In this document: piece by piece, positions 16,411 through 29,200 of the stretch
Position numbering within the stretch: the stretch's first letter is position 1
How the letters are laid out: the number at the start of each line of letters is the position of its first letter
NCBI RefSeq assembly: GCF_018350175.1
Contig: NC_058385.1
Location: 82,770,001-82,834,000, forward strand
Length of the DNA stretch: 64,000 bases
Direction of reading: 5' to 3'
Source: Felis catus
Taxonomy: Eukaryota
Notes under the pieces: model-generated
The model's input: the letters and a program-made list of their open reading frames with translations, nothing else
The model's database searches: none
Told to the model about the DNA's origin: nothing
Translations under genes and position numbers: made by a program

Positions 16411-17560
16411 CTCCTGTCCGGCCCCGACCCCCAAGCCCGCTTCCGTGGGCTCGGGCCCCTGAGCGCCTCCGCCGACCGGAAACTGGGGCCGCGAGCCTGG
16501 GGTTCCGGCCGTGGCCAGAGCGTCGGGGCCCGGCTCTGACCCTCCTGTCTTACCCAGGATGGACACGACCTAGAGGCTCGGCGGGCGGGGGCTGCAGCCG
16601 AACGGTCCGCGTCTACCCCCCGCGCCGGTCCGGGGCTAGACGCTATTCCCAGGCTCCTTCCGAGCCGCAGGTTGCCCGGCGGGCGGGCCCCGCGTTGGTC
16701 CGCCAGCCACTCCTGGGAAGGCGGGCTGACACCAGGGGCGGGATGAGCGAGGAGGCGCAGCCAATGAGCGCCAGGAAGGGAGGTGGGATCGCACGGCCTC
16801 GAAGAGTGACGGACAGGCAGGGCAGCCAGTAGACGTGGACGGTAGGAGTGAACGGCGGGAGACGCCCCCAATGGCTAGCCGAGCTCTCGATCCCGGCGGC
16901 TGGACCAGGCCATTCAGGGGCGGGGGGCCGGGCCTTGCGGACGCTTGTTGTTGTCCGGCCCGGGGAGGCAGAGGTTGCTCGCTCGGTCCTTTGCTCTCTC
17001 GGGCCTTCTGTGGCGGTCGGCGGGCAGGTCGGTCGCGATAGTCGGTCGCCTTCCAGGGGCGAGGCTATGTCGCGGTGGCAGCCCGGCAGGGCCGGCAGGG
17101 CCGGGAGTAACGGGACGTCGTCGCGGAGCTTCTTCCCCCGGATACAGTGCGGCCCGAACGGAGGCCGCGGCGCCGCCCTCCGGTCCTGAGGAGCCCGAGC
17201 TGCCCGGAGCCCACACCGCCTCCTTACCCGCGCCGAAGTCAACCGGCCAGACCCGGCCCGGCCACACTGAGCGCTGCGCAAGCAGGTAGGTGTCCGCTCT
17301 GTGACCGGCGCCGTGTCGGGGCCTTCAGAACTCCAGCCCCCAGCGGTCTTCGCGCCGGCGAGCGTGCGCGCGTGCGCGAGTCCCTGGGCGCACTGCCTCC
17401 TGGGATTTGTAGTTCTCCGCGACTAGGCTGGGGTTTCCCTTAGCCCGGCGGAGAGGCGGGTGCGGCCAGGCTGACGCTGGAGCGCTAGCGGCCGGCCGAC
17501 CGGCCCTTCGGGGGTCTTGGTGCCTGCCTCTGTTCCTTGGCGTCACTAATTTACGAAGAA
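16160..17560. promoter_or_regulatory. Bidirectional CpG-island promoter SHARPIN(-)/MAF1(+), including the MAF1 non-coding exon 1 (donor after 17285)
   Basis: Head-to-head genes. CCAAT at 16761 and 16868, GC boxes, NRF1-like GCGTGCGCGCGTGCGC (17362-17377) and ZNF143-like TGGGATTTGTAGTTC (17401-17415). Confidence 0.85.
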
Positions 17561-18139
17561 ATTAGGCGCGGGGAAGAACGGAGGAAGCCTATGGCTCTCC
17601 TCTTTACCTGGATAGAGAGCCTGTAGAACAGGGAAGAGCGCTGCGCCCAGGTGACCGCAGGGCCCCAGCCCCAGCCCCAGGTGTCCTGGATCCTAACCCG
17701 GTGCGGGTTATTAGCCTAGCTGAGGAGCTTGGCCGGAGGGGTACTGCAGGAGTCCCGCACTTTTGGGGGCTCACAGTGACCCTCACCCCTAACGGTGGAG
17801 GAGGCTCTTCTGTCGCGGTGGGCAGTGTCCAGGGAGATAAACCAGAGGCCCCAGCATGAGCAAGATCTTTGGTGCGCCCCAGGTATGGGGACGGGGAGAG
17901 GGTTGGCCGAGCCAGAGCCTCAGCTCACCACTCTCAGGTAACAGGATCTAATCCGCCTCTCCTATCAGCGCGGAGGGCTTAGGAGTAAGCCACAGGAGGG
18001 ACCCGGCTTGTTTACAGCGGCTCCACTTACCCGGTTGGGAGGCCAGAGGCTGAGCCCTAGGGGCCAGATACTCATGGACCGGTCTCCCACCCTCAGGCAG
18101 CACTAGCCCCTCTGAGCGCAGGACCCCCTCCCCAAGGAC

Positions 18140-19600
18140 ATGAAGCTGTTGGAGAACTCGAGCTTCGAAGCCATCAACTCGCAGCTGACAGTGGAGACTG
18201 GAGACGCCCACATCATTGGCAGGTGAGGTGGGGGGTTGTGTAGGCTGGTGTCTCAGAGACCCTTGAGTTGAACCTGATGGGTGGCATGCTCCGTGGTCCC
18301 ACGTGCCCCTTGCAGGATCGAGAGCTACTCGTGTAAGATGGCGGGAGACGACAAGCACATGTTTAAGCAGTTCTGCCAGGAGGGCCAGCCCCACGTGCTG
18401 GAGGCGCTGTCTCCACCCCAGACGTCGGGCCTCAGCCCCAGCAGGTAAGCTGCCGCAGAGCGCGCCTGCTGTGGGCTGTGGGGTTCAGGGCAGTGCTGGG
18501 CTGATGCTTCTCTCTCTGCAGACTGAGCAAGAGCCAAGGTGGTGAGGATGAGGGCCCGCTGAGCGACAAGTGCAGCCGCAAGACGCTCTTCTACCTGATT
18601 GCCACGCTCAACGAGTCCTTCCGGCCTGACTATGACTTCAGCACAGCCCGAAGCCATGAGTTCAGCAGGGAACCCAGCCTCAGCTGGGTGAGGGTCAGGT
18701 GGGGGGAGGGACCCGCAGCCCCACAGCTGTCTCGACTGTCCTTCCGACTTATAGTGGCCCCTGGGTTCTGCCCAGTTCATGCCTCCCGTTCTGCGTCCTA
18801 GCCAGTCCCAACCGTGACCATCCTAGGTGGTGAACGCAGTCAACTGCAGCCTGTTTTCGGCCGTACGGGAGGACTTCAAGGCCCTGAAGCCGCAGCTCTG
18901 GAACGCAGTAGATGAGGAGATCTGCCTGTCCGAGTGTGACATCTACAGGTAGGCCGGCATTCCTGCAGGAGGGCCGTGGGTGTATGTGGCACTTGGGCCT
19001 TCATGCCACTTCTTGCCCCACGCTCTGCAGTTACAACCCGGATTTGGACTCCGACCCCTTTGGGGAGGATGGCAGCCTCTGGTCCTTCAACTACTTCTTC
19101 TACAACAAGCGGCTGAAGCGGGTCGTGTTCTTCAGCTGCCGGTCCATCAGGTGGGCGCCTGGCCGCCTCCTTTCCCTTAGCCCCTGCTTTCTCACATGCC
19201 ACTCCCCCAGCTGTACCCACCCCGCTCCTGACTTTGTCCTCCCTGGGGTCAGCAACGGGTCAGGGACAGGCAGTCCTAAGACCCGTTCCCACACCTCCCC
19301 CAGCGGATCCACGTATACTCCCTCGGAGGCCGGCAACGAGCTAGACATGGAGCTGGGCGAGGAGGAGGAGGAAGAGGAGGAGGAGGAAGAAGAGAGCGGA
19401 AGTGGAGGCAGTGAGGGCGGACCCGAGGAGACCAGCGCCATGGAGGAGGACAGGTGTGTGACGGTGGCTGTGACCTGGCTCTCTCTAGCCAGGGGTCGAT
19501 AGCACAGAGTGGGTGCCTCTCTGCCTGACCTCCTGGGAGTTGGCTCTGGAAGCTCACTGTGTGCCGTCTTCTGCCCAGGGTCCCGGTGATCTGTATGTGA
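18140..19600 (+). CDS. MAF1: MAF1, repressor of RNA polymerase III transcription, 263 aa
   Basis: Exons 18140-18222, 18316-18444, 18522-18687, 18827-18948, 19031-19150, 19304-19453 and 19579-19600 total 792 nt. Motifs: [36 protein letters not shown] and an acidic tail ending VPVICM*. AATAAA lies at 20096-20101. Confidence 0.98.
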
Positions 19601-20139
19601 GGACGAGGAGCAGAGGCCCCAGCTTCGTTCAGCTTCAGCCAGTGCCTGGAACCCTCACTTGAGGGTGCCCCAAGGCCTCCCCAGCTGGTGGTCGTCCCGG
19701 GGCTTGCCAAGGCTGCAGCGCCGCCCAAGGCCACGCCCACCTAGCCCTTTGGCTCCCGCCTGCAGACGTCTGCTCACCCCCACGGGCTCCAGCTGCCCAT
19801 GTTGTGGTCAGGCTGGACAGCACAGGGCCTGGTGGGAAAAGCCACTGCCCTGCCCCGACGAACTGACACAGGCAGGGACAGCTGGACTACAGAGTTTATT
19901 TTTGTATTTCGTGCCGGATCAGGCCTGGGCCTGCACACTCCAGCCCAAAGGGCCCGAGACCCAGTAAGCAGGCCCCTGTGGTCACCACGCCGGGCTTGGC
20001 CAGCCCCTGACGCCCACCTGTACCACCCTCCCCCCGTACCCTGCCCGTTGGGCAGCGTGCACTGAGTGTCACTTTGCTGCAGCTGGTTTGTTTCCAATAA
20101 AAAATTTCTGTGATTTAGTGGGGACCTGGGCTCCGTGCT

Positions 20140-20240
20140 GCGTGTGGGGCGGGGTCTGCGTCAAGGGCGGGGCTACCGCCTCCGGTATCCTAGCAACGGT
20201 CCTTGGGGCTGTTGAGCCGCCCGGACCTGCAGAGGCCAAA
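20140..20240 (+). promoter_or_regulatory. WDR97: Compact WDR97 promoter with GC boxes, CRE half-site and RFX X-box
   Basis: Two GGGCGGGG boxes, TGCGTCA (20157-20163) and GTATCCTAGCAAC (20185-20197), 44 nt before the ATG. Confidence 0.6.
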
Positions 20241-23200
20241 ATGGAGACCGGAGTGTCAGATGTCAGCAACCCCTTTTCAGTAGAAGGTGACAGCCTGATC
20301 CTGGATCTCGACTTGTATGATGCCGACAGCTATGACGTCCCGGATCCAGGGCTGCTCAAGGAGAAGAATGGTGAGGTGGCCTGGCCTCGGCGCCCCAGAT
20401 CCCCACGTGACAGGCCTCACTCAGGCACCGGTTCTGTCTGCCGCGACACAACACTCCGTGGGGAGTCCCCTAACCTGGCGAGGCACTCGGGAGGGCCCCT
20501 GGCGGCCTCCAGCCTCCAGAGTTTGGGGCCCAAGACCACACACCGACAGTGTTTCCACTGCTGACCCGCAGAGTCGTTTTCGGAGCCAGTCCCAGGGCTT
20601 TTTACCAGCAGCTTGCGGTGGCAGAACATGACCCCGCGCGCCCGTGCCCGCCAGCTATGGCTACTCCTGCGTACAGGCCTCCGTGACTTCGTGGAAAAGG
20701 TGGGGCTTGCCTGTGGCACCTGCCTCGAGGCCTCTTTTCTGGCCCGTTTCTTCCCCTCGCTGTCCCTAGGACGCCCCCAGCCCGGATCCACTTGGCTCCC
20801 CTAGGCAGGGGCACTACCTCTCCTCCAGCACCCCCCCTCCCCTAGCTGAATGCAGGCCTGCTCGCCCCTGCCCGCAGGAAAAGAGAGCCGAGCTGTGCGT
20901 GGGCCGCTTGACACACGGGCTGGAGCCGCTGCGCCACCTGACGGTGGCAGCTGGGCTGCGCTCGGTGGCGCAGGACCCAGCGGGCAGACGCTTCGTGGTG
21001 CTGGATGGTGCGGGCCGCCTGCACCTGCACAGAGAAGACGGCTGGGCTTACGAGAAGCTGTGTGCCCCAGCAGTGCTCACGGGGCTGGTGGCGGTGCCAG
21101 GCCCTCTGGGTGCTGTGGGCCGCTTCGTGGGCTGGGGCCCCGAGGGGCTGGCCATACTAAGGCCTGACCTCAGCCTGCTGTGGCTGAGCAAGCCAGGGGT
21201 GGGCAGGGTGCCGGGCCACCAGCCCGTCTGCTGTCTGCCGGTGCCCAGCCTGGGGCTGTTGCTGGTGGCAGAGGAAGGCGGCAGCCTGGTGCTTTGGAAG
21301 TTCCGTTCAGGAGGCCGCTGCCTGGTGCCGTGTGGGTCACCTCTGCAGCTGCCACCAAGCCCTGCAGGTGCAGTCACCCGTTTGGTTCTCGGGCCCTTGC
21401 CCTCCCACCAAGCCCCATGCTGCTTCGCGGCCTGTGGTTCGGCTGTGCTCACCTTTGCTCTGGACAGCTGGGCTCTCATAGACGTGCGCCGGGACCTGCA
21501 TAAAACGTGAGGGGTGCCTAGGGACGAGGAGCAAGGTGGGGTGAGAGAGGACGGGTGAATCCAGGAGGGAAACAAGTCAGGGAGTGGCGCCGGGGCTCAC
21601 ACACCAGGGGGTGCTGAGTCTGCGGAGGCCTCTCTTCCCCTTCAGCACCATCTCGGACCTGGCCTACTGCAAGGAGGTAGAGGCCATGGTGACGGCTTCT
21701 CGCGACAGCACAGTGAAGGTGTGGGAGGCCGACTGGCAGGTCCGGATGGTGTTCGTGGGCCACACAGGTGCGCCATACCACTTAGGCTCTTGAGGCCCGT
21801 TCCCTCTCCACCCTGTGTGAGAGCTCCGGCGGTCGGGAGTCTCCGTCAGCCCTTCCCCGAGCTTCTCTGCGCCGGCTGCATCCCGGGCCGCCCGCTCCCC
21901 TTCCCTGATCCCCTGGTGCCCCTCCCACAGGCCCAGTGACAGCTGTGGCCGTGCTGCCGAACACCGCCCTAGTCCTGTCAGCCTCGCAGGATGGGACGCT
22001 GCGCACGTGGGACCTGCAGGCGTCAGCACAGGTGGGCGAGGTGGCGCTGGGCAGCCGGGGCCGAGGGGTGCCATCTGGGCACGTGAACCGCCTGCTGGCG
22101 CCCGCTGGCCCCGGCTGGCCAGTGCTCTCTTTGAGCGCGAGCAGCGTGGAGCTGTGGCTCCTTCGCGAGCTCTACTCGCCGTTGGCGCAGCTGTCAGCGC
22201 CGGTGCTCCACCTGCAGACCGCGCCCGCGCTGCCCGCGCCCGCGCCCCCGCCGCTGCCTACGCGCCTTGTGTGCGCATGCGCCGATGGCTCGGTCTACCT
22301 CGTGTCGGTCGCCACCGGGCGCACGGTGAGCGCGCTGCTGCTCGAACCGGAGGACGGCGCAGCCTCGCTGCTTTATTGCCTACCGCGCGAAGCACTGTGG
22401 CTGCTGACACGCGCCGGACACCTGGTGTGTGCCAACGCTGCACGATGCCCCATGCGCGTGCTAAACCGGGTGTGCCCGCCCCCGGCCCCTGCGCCCAGGC
22501 CCTGCTGCCTGCACCTATACAGCCACCTCACGGACCCCAGCAGCGCATTCGCCAGCTGGCAGATCGTACGCCGGCATGGGGGCGAGCTGTGCCTCAGTGA
22601 CCTGGCCCGACCCCGGAAGGACAAAAACCGGTGGGTGCCGGAGCCGCCCACGTGGGGCAAGGTGATGGTGCCCGCGCCGACTGGCTGATGTCATGCGTAG
22701 GTACCTGCCCGTGGTGGGGCACACGGATGGCACCCTATCGGTCCTTGAGTGGCGCTGGTCGAAGCCCGTCTTCCAAACCGAGGCACACAGCCCGGGCCCC
22801 GTCACCGCCATTGCATCTACCTGGAACTGCATTGTGTCCTCTGGTCAGCATCTCTCCTCCCCCCAGGGGGCTGGCCTGGGAACCCCTTCCCTCCCCAGAC
22901 AAAGGCGCAGTCCTGCCTCCCACCTGAGCAGGCGGAGACTTGACCGTGAAGATGTGGCGTGTCTTCCCCTATGCTGAGGAGAGCCTCTGCCTGCTGCGAA
23001 CCTTCTCTTGCTGCCACCCGGCAACGGTGCTCTGCGCTCTGGGGAAGCGGGTGACTGTGGGCTTTGAGGACCCAGACAGCGCCACCTACGGCCTGGTGCA
23101 GTTTGGCCTGGGCAACAGCCTCCGCTACGATCACCGGCCCCAGGATGACCCCACGGACCACATCACTGGTGAGGGGCAGGCCAAAAATAAAGCCCAGGCC

Positions 23201-26200
23201 ATCCTCTGGTCCTGGTCCCTCACGCTGAGCCCTGGTCCCTCAGGCCTGTGTTGCTGTCCCACCCTCAAGCTGTATGCCTGTTCCAGCCTGGACTGCACCA
23301 TCCGCATCTGGACAGCCGAGAATCGCCTGCTGAGGTGGGTTAGGGCTGGGAAGTGGGGGGGAGGGGGTTGGGAGCCTGTCGGCAGCCAGCAGGGCTCCCC
23401 TACCTCTGCCCCCAGCAGAGCCCAGAGGCTGGACAGGGGAAAGGGGGCTTGCCCCTGCTAGTGTCTCAGTTTCCTCCTCTGGAGCAGGGCTGGATTCTCG
23501 CCCTGGCCACTCCCTCCAGGCTCCTGCGGCTGAATAGCGCCCCTCAGGCCCTGACCTTCTGCAGCGACAGTGGGGACCTGGTGCTGGCTCTGGGCTCCCG
23601 ACTCTGCCTGGTGTCCCATAGGCTCTACCTGCCCACATCTTACTTGGTTAAGGTATGCAGTGGGCACAGGATTCCTGGGCAGAGTGAGGCTGCTGTGGGC
23701 AGACAGGCCCCCTCAGGCCAGAGCTGTAGGTTTCTTTCTCCTGTTCAGAAGCTATGCCGGAAGGTCCCTGATGTGGTGGATGACCCTCCCCTGCCACTGA
23801 CCACCCAGGAGTCGCTGACCTCAGCCCAGCTGCAGAGGCTCGCCAGCCTACGTGGGGTGGCCAGTCTTAGGTCTGCTGGCCCAGCTGAACTGTTCTAGAG
23901 GCCCCTGCCTAGCTCCCCCGAGTCAGGGCCTAGCTGCGTGCACCCAGCACGGGGACCCAGAGCTCCCAGGCCACTTAGACCACCCCAACCTGTCCCAGCC
24001 CTGGCATCCCCACTCCTGGCTGTTGGGCTGTGTTCTGACAGAGGCCTGGCCATGCCCACCCCCAGGTGCTGGTCCCAGCCTCTACCCAGTCCCCCTGGTG
24101 ATGACAGCTAGTGTCCCACCTGTGCCCATCCCTGTCTGCAGCACGGACTTGTCTTTCATCCATCACCAGACGGCCACACCTCAGCAGCCAGTGTTGGAGG
24201 AGGTGGGGTGGGTCCCAACCCCCAACCCCCAACCCCCAACCCCCTCACCGTCCCAAAGCCCCAGCCCTGCAACCTTCCCTGGGCTCAGGCCACTCTCCTT
24301 CAGCCCCTGGGGCAGGCGTGGGATCCCGTGGCTGTCTGGAAAGCAGATGGCAAGACTGAAGGAGGAATGGGCTGACCCCTAACCCCCACCCAGGACCTAG
24401 AAGCCCTAGTCTCCCGGGATGAAGACCTTCAGATGCTGAGGCTGGGGCTGGTGGTCCCGGCAGCCCAGCCCCCACCCTCCTGGCAACAGCGGCAGGAGGC
24501 CTTTGACAACTATCTGCATCTCATCTATGGCCCTGGCTTGCTGGTGGGTATAGAGCCTCCCCAGCCTCAGCCCAGACTCCAGCCCCTCCCTTCACCCCGG
24601 GGCCTCACCCCTCACCCCTGCCTATCCCTTTTGCACCCCTTCCAGGGCATGCATTCTGGAAGAGAGTCCCAGCAATGGAGTACTGTGACCCTCACACTGG
24701 AGAGAGAGACCTGCGACGTGTGTGCCTCGCCCACAGCTGCCCTCAGTCTCAGGCAGGCTGAGGTCTGCACCGAAGCCCTAAGGGGGCCGGCAGCCCGCCC
24801 CTTGCAGGACCTGGGGACCGGGGGCCAGCGCTTCGCCCCCCCTCCCCGAGTCCCCTTGCCCACCCCCCACCCCCACCGGGGGGTGCACAGCAGGGCCTCC
24901 CAGGTAAGGCCTCCCGCCCCTCCCACCTCGACCCTGCCCCCATGACCCTGCCCCCCACCCTGCGACTCCTCCTCCCTCACCTCAGCTGCTGGCCCGCTCC
25001 TCTCTGAGCGGCAGCCTGGGCCTCAGTCTGGACCTGCAGCTGCAGTTGGAGCGGCTCCGAGGGGAGAAGCCTGTGGTCCCGGGCCTACCATCCCCCCACA
25101 TACAGCACAGGGTGAGGCGCCCAGGCGGGTGGGTGCTGCCCACCCAGGAGCAGAGCTGCAGGGGCACTGGGGGCCCACGCTTGGCTCTGAGCCCCTCTGC
25201 TGTCCCAGATCCCCCTCCTGATGAAGAGGCGGCCCGAGGAGCTCCTCTCCAACCTCCGAGGCTTCTTTCCTGCCACCATTCAGCCCTATGAGGTAAGGGT
25301 CCCTTGCTCTCTCTGGTGGCAGCCTTCTCACGCACCCCATCGTCCCTCTGCTGCAGACCTCCTGGTCTAATCTGACCTACGAGCCGCCTGTCGCCCTCCC
25401 CCCACCTCCTGGCCAGCCCAGCCGTGGTGCTATCGTCTGTGGGCCCTGACTCCTTGCTTTCTGGGGGCCAGCGGCCAGAGGGCCAGAGACTCCCAGCGAA
25501 GACACTAGGCACAGCCAAGGCCTCTGCCAGCTCATTGTGCCGGCACACCTCCTCCCCAGTGAAAGTGCTGGGTGAGCAGATGCCATACGGACTGTCTGGA
25601 AGACCAGAGTCCTCTCCCTTTAAAGGAGCAGAGGCCACAGGAGCTGGCCCCTTGCACTCTGCCAGCTTCCCAACGTCTCCATCCCAGACTCCCTGCACAC
25701 GCTGGCACTGTCATCTGCCCGGGGCGGGGGGGTGGGGGGGTGTCGCCGATCCTTCCTGCAGCCGTGCCATCTACCCAAACCCTCAGCCCACCTCTCCAGG
25801 CTCCTAGCACCAATTCTTATGGACATCCCGGTTCCAGGGCTGGGGGCCAAGTCCCGTGGAGAGGGTGTGGGGGTGTCAGGGCTCCCCAGAGGCTGCCCAG
25901 ATTTCCTCCTCAGTCGTCACAGCTGATGCCTCCCTTGACTGTCCTTCCACCTGGTTTCTAAAGGTTCTCTTTGCCTGTCTGAGCATTTTGGGTGTTGACT
26001 GAGAAAACAGGGAGTCACGATCCGGGTAGCACAGATTTGGTAGCAACCCAGATTGAGTCCTGTTGACAAGCAAAAGCCAGGGGTCTTCACTCGCAAATTG
26101 CAGAGGCATTAGGGAACTCACACAGGTTGCTTTCTAAAAGTTGTGGTTAGAAGATGTAATCACATTGTACACGTCACTGCTTTTCTGGGCACTTTAGTCT

Positions 26201-29200
26201 GGTTACCGGAAACCAGTTTTCACAGAGTGTCCTTTTTTCGCAAGATTTTATTTTCAAGCCCAGTGTGAGGCTTGAACTCACAACCCTAAGATCAAGAGTT
26301 GCACGTTCTACCCACCCAGCAGCTAGAGTGTCCACTTGCGCCCGAGAGCTCAGGGCCGCAGTCCACTGTTGAGCCTCTGCCCAGCTCCATGCAGTTCCTC
26401 TTTCAAAAGGAGGATGAAGTTTTAGTTCCCGGTCTGTACGGTCCGGGGGTGTTACACAGGTGCACGTGGACGGGGGCACGAGCCCGGTTCAGCTCCCGGA
26501 GACCCGGCCGCGGAGCTGGACTGGCCACTGAGCGGGGTGGGAGGGCGGGTGGAGTTCGGGTTCTCAGCCCACCCCGCCGTGTCCACCTGCAGCCCTCGCG
26601 CAGGCCCGTCCACTTCCCCGGCAGCGTGCCCAACTCCGTGGTGCTGCAGCAGATGTGGCCGCACAGGGAGGTCAGCGGCCTCGGAGCCCCCGCCCCGCTC
26701 ACCAGCCACGGCAGACACCAGGCAAGGGAGGACCGGGGGGCTCGCTCCTGGGCTCTGTGGAAGGGGGCCCGAGTTCCCGCGGCATGCCAGCGGCCACCCG
26801 TGCTCTCCCCTCTGCAGCCAGGTGGGAGCCAGGACATGTGGCTGCCACGACGGCGCGGGAGGCAGTGGCACACCAAGTGGCAGCAGAAGCTGATCCGGTG
26901 GTTGGGGGAAGAGGAGGCGGAGGAGGAGGAGGACGACGACGAGCTGTATCTGGACTGGGCCTCCGACTCCCTGAGCCCACGCGGGCACCTCTCCGAGTTG
27001 GAGGAGGCCAAGGTAGGCACCCACTAGGCCCCGGGGCTGCCAAGGTCAGGAGCGGAGAGGGGGGCCTGCAGCTGCTGCCGCTGCCCCGCAGAGCCCCGAG
27101 GATTGGACCCCGGAGCCCTTGCACTCTCGTGACGCCTCCGCCGGGACCCAGGCCTCGAGCGGCCCCTCGTACCCCTTCAGGCGCTCGCTCTGGGAAGAGC
27201 GCTACGGCCATCTGCCCAGGTTTCTGCAGTTTTTCGTCTGCCAGAACTGGTTCAAAAAGCTGTTCCCCATCTTCAACCTGAAGGTTCGGGGGTCTCGGGC
27301 ACCTGGGAAGCACAGGCTGGCGGGGAGGTGGACAGTGCAGGGAACAGGGCCTCGGCGCTGGGTATCACAGGTGTATCCCGAAGTGGGCACGGTGGAGGGC
27401 CTGGCCTCGCTGCTCATGGACCTGCTGGACGAGGCCTCCTGGGCAGACCGCGTGCACATCCTGGGAGCGCTGCTGCGGCTGCTGCCTGACGTGAGCAGAG
27501 ACCTCTGTAACCGGCTGCGGGGCATCCTGGAGCGCTTGCTCAACCTGGACCAGCCCCCCAGCCTCGTGGTGCGCCCCTGGCCCCGCCCCCAGCCCCGCCC
27601 CCAGCCCCGCCCCCCGGCCCGCCCCGGGCCTCCAGCACCTACCCGGCTGCTTCGCCCCTCTGCGCTCAGGACCAGACGCAGAAGCAGTTCGTGATGCTGG
27701 CGTTGCAGCTCCTTCTGGTCTGCTCCCTGGAGTCCCACGAGGTGGTGCTGGAGCTCATGTCCTACTTCCTCTACTCGCCAGCCTCCTGCCGGTGAGTTTT
27801 GCTCCCTACTCATCCTCACCACCAGCTGAGGAAGGCTTCTGGATAAGCTAGCTGCTCACCACTGTCCCAGGCCCTGGCTCAAGAAGCTGCTCGAAGGGCT
27901 AGGCCTTCAGGATCCGCAGGGCTTCCTGTTCAAGGAGATGACGACCTGGGTCCAGGGCCCGGACGCCAACTGCAAGGCTGCACTGCGCCAACGCTGCTGC
28001 CAGAAGCTGGAGGAAATGATGGAGCGGCTACAGGTCCCGGTGGATGGGGGGGGGGGGGGGGGCGGGCAGGCCACTTGCCAGTGGAGCCTCTTGTCTTTTC
28101 CCTAGGCTTTTCCCAAGTCGGGGTGGGGGGGATCCAGGTACGGCTGGCTGGCTCTTCGGCTTGCTCTGTGCCTGTGCTCATTGGTCCTCTCCTGTTGTCC
28201 CCCAAACCCCCATCTCTGGGGATCTTCCTGCTCCTCCCCAGGAAGCAGTCTGCAGCCAGGTCTGGAGCTTGGGGCCAGGGGCAGCACCACTCAGGCCTCC
28301 CTGCTGGGGGAGGGAGAGCCTCTGCCTTGGGCTTGGCGGCATCTCCAACTGGCTGTTTCCCCCACAGATGGAATCCTTGCAGCCTTCTGTAGTAGCCGAG
28401 TTGTCAGAGGTGCTGCCCAAGGTCTCCAGGACCTCGGCACTTTACCCTCCTCCCAAGGAGGCCCCGTCTCAGATTTCCGTGCTTTCTGGGTCACCTTTTC
28501 ATGTCTCAGTGACACCCTCAGCCCATTCCTGGGCCCCCTCACTGGTGGTCTCACCTGGGGAGCTGGACGTGGCCACCCTTGAGTCCCAGGCCCAGCAAAT
28601 GCTTCCACCAATGTGCTTCTGGCGGACCAGACGCACGCTGTCAGAGACACTGCGACACTTCTGCCCCTCGTCCGAGGTCCATTTGCACCCCTCAGTACCC
28701 ACTGCGCTGCCGGATAAGCCACTGCCACTGGAGCAGACGGACTGGTCACAGTCGCAGATGCTGGACCTGGGGCCGATCGATGCGCTCAACTTCTTCTGTG
28801 AGCAGCAGCGGGCCCGGCAGCAGAGTCCCCTGCAGCAGGAGCCCGAGAGCCCATGCCTGAGCTTGCGCCCACCTGTGCCCAACACAGTGCTACCACAGCC
28901 CTGGGATCGCTGGTGAGGGGGCCACCAGGCCGGGACAGGGCCTGTGTGGGGCAGCTGAGGGGCTGACGGGGCCAAACCCACTTCCTTACCCCTCCAGGCA
29001 CTATCCTATCCTCCGGCTTCAGGAGGCCAAGGTCCAGAGGTCTCCGATGAGACTAAGAGGTGAGTAGGGACAGGGGGAGAACCAGACCTTGACTTCCACC
29101 TCAGCCTGAGACCTCACTGTCCTGCTGGCCCACAGGCCGGATGCCGTCCCGGCTCCGGGTGGGCAGTGCCCTCCATGGCTCCATCCGCATGCTGAAACTG

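Noticed and set aside
19586-19600. Possible prenylation motif at the MAF1 (VICM) or SHARPIN (GDLC) C-terminus
   Set aside because: The cysteine is not at position -4, so neither is a CaaX box.
27581-27616. CCCCGCCCCCAG x3 in WDR97 intron 19
   Set aside because: A short slippage repeat, common in GC-rich introns.
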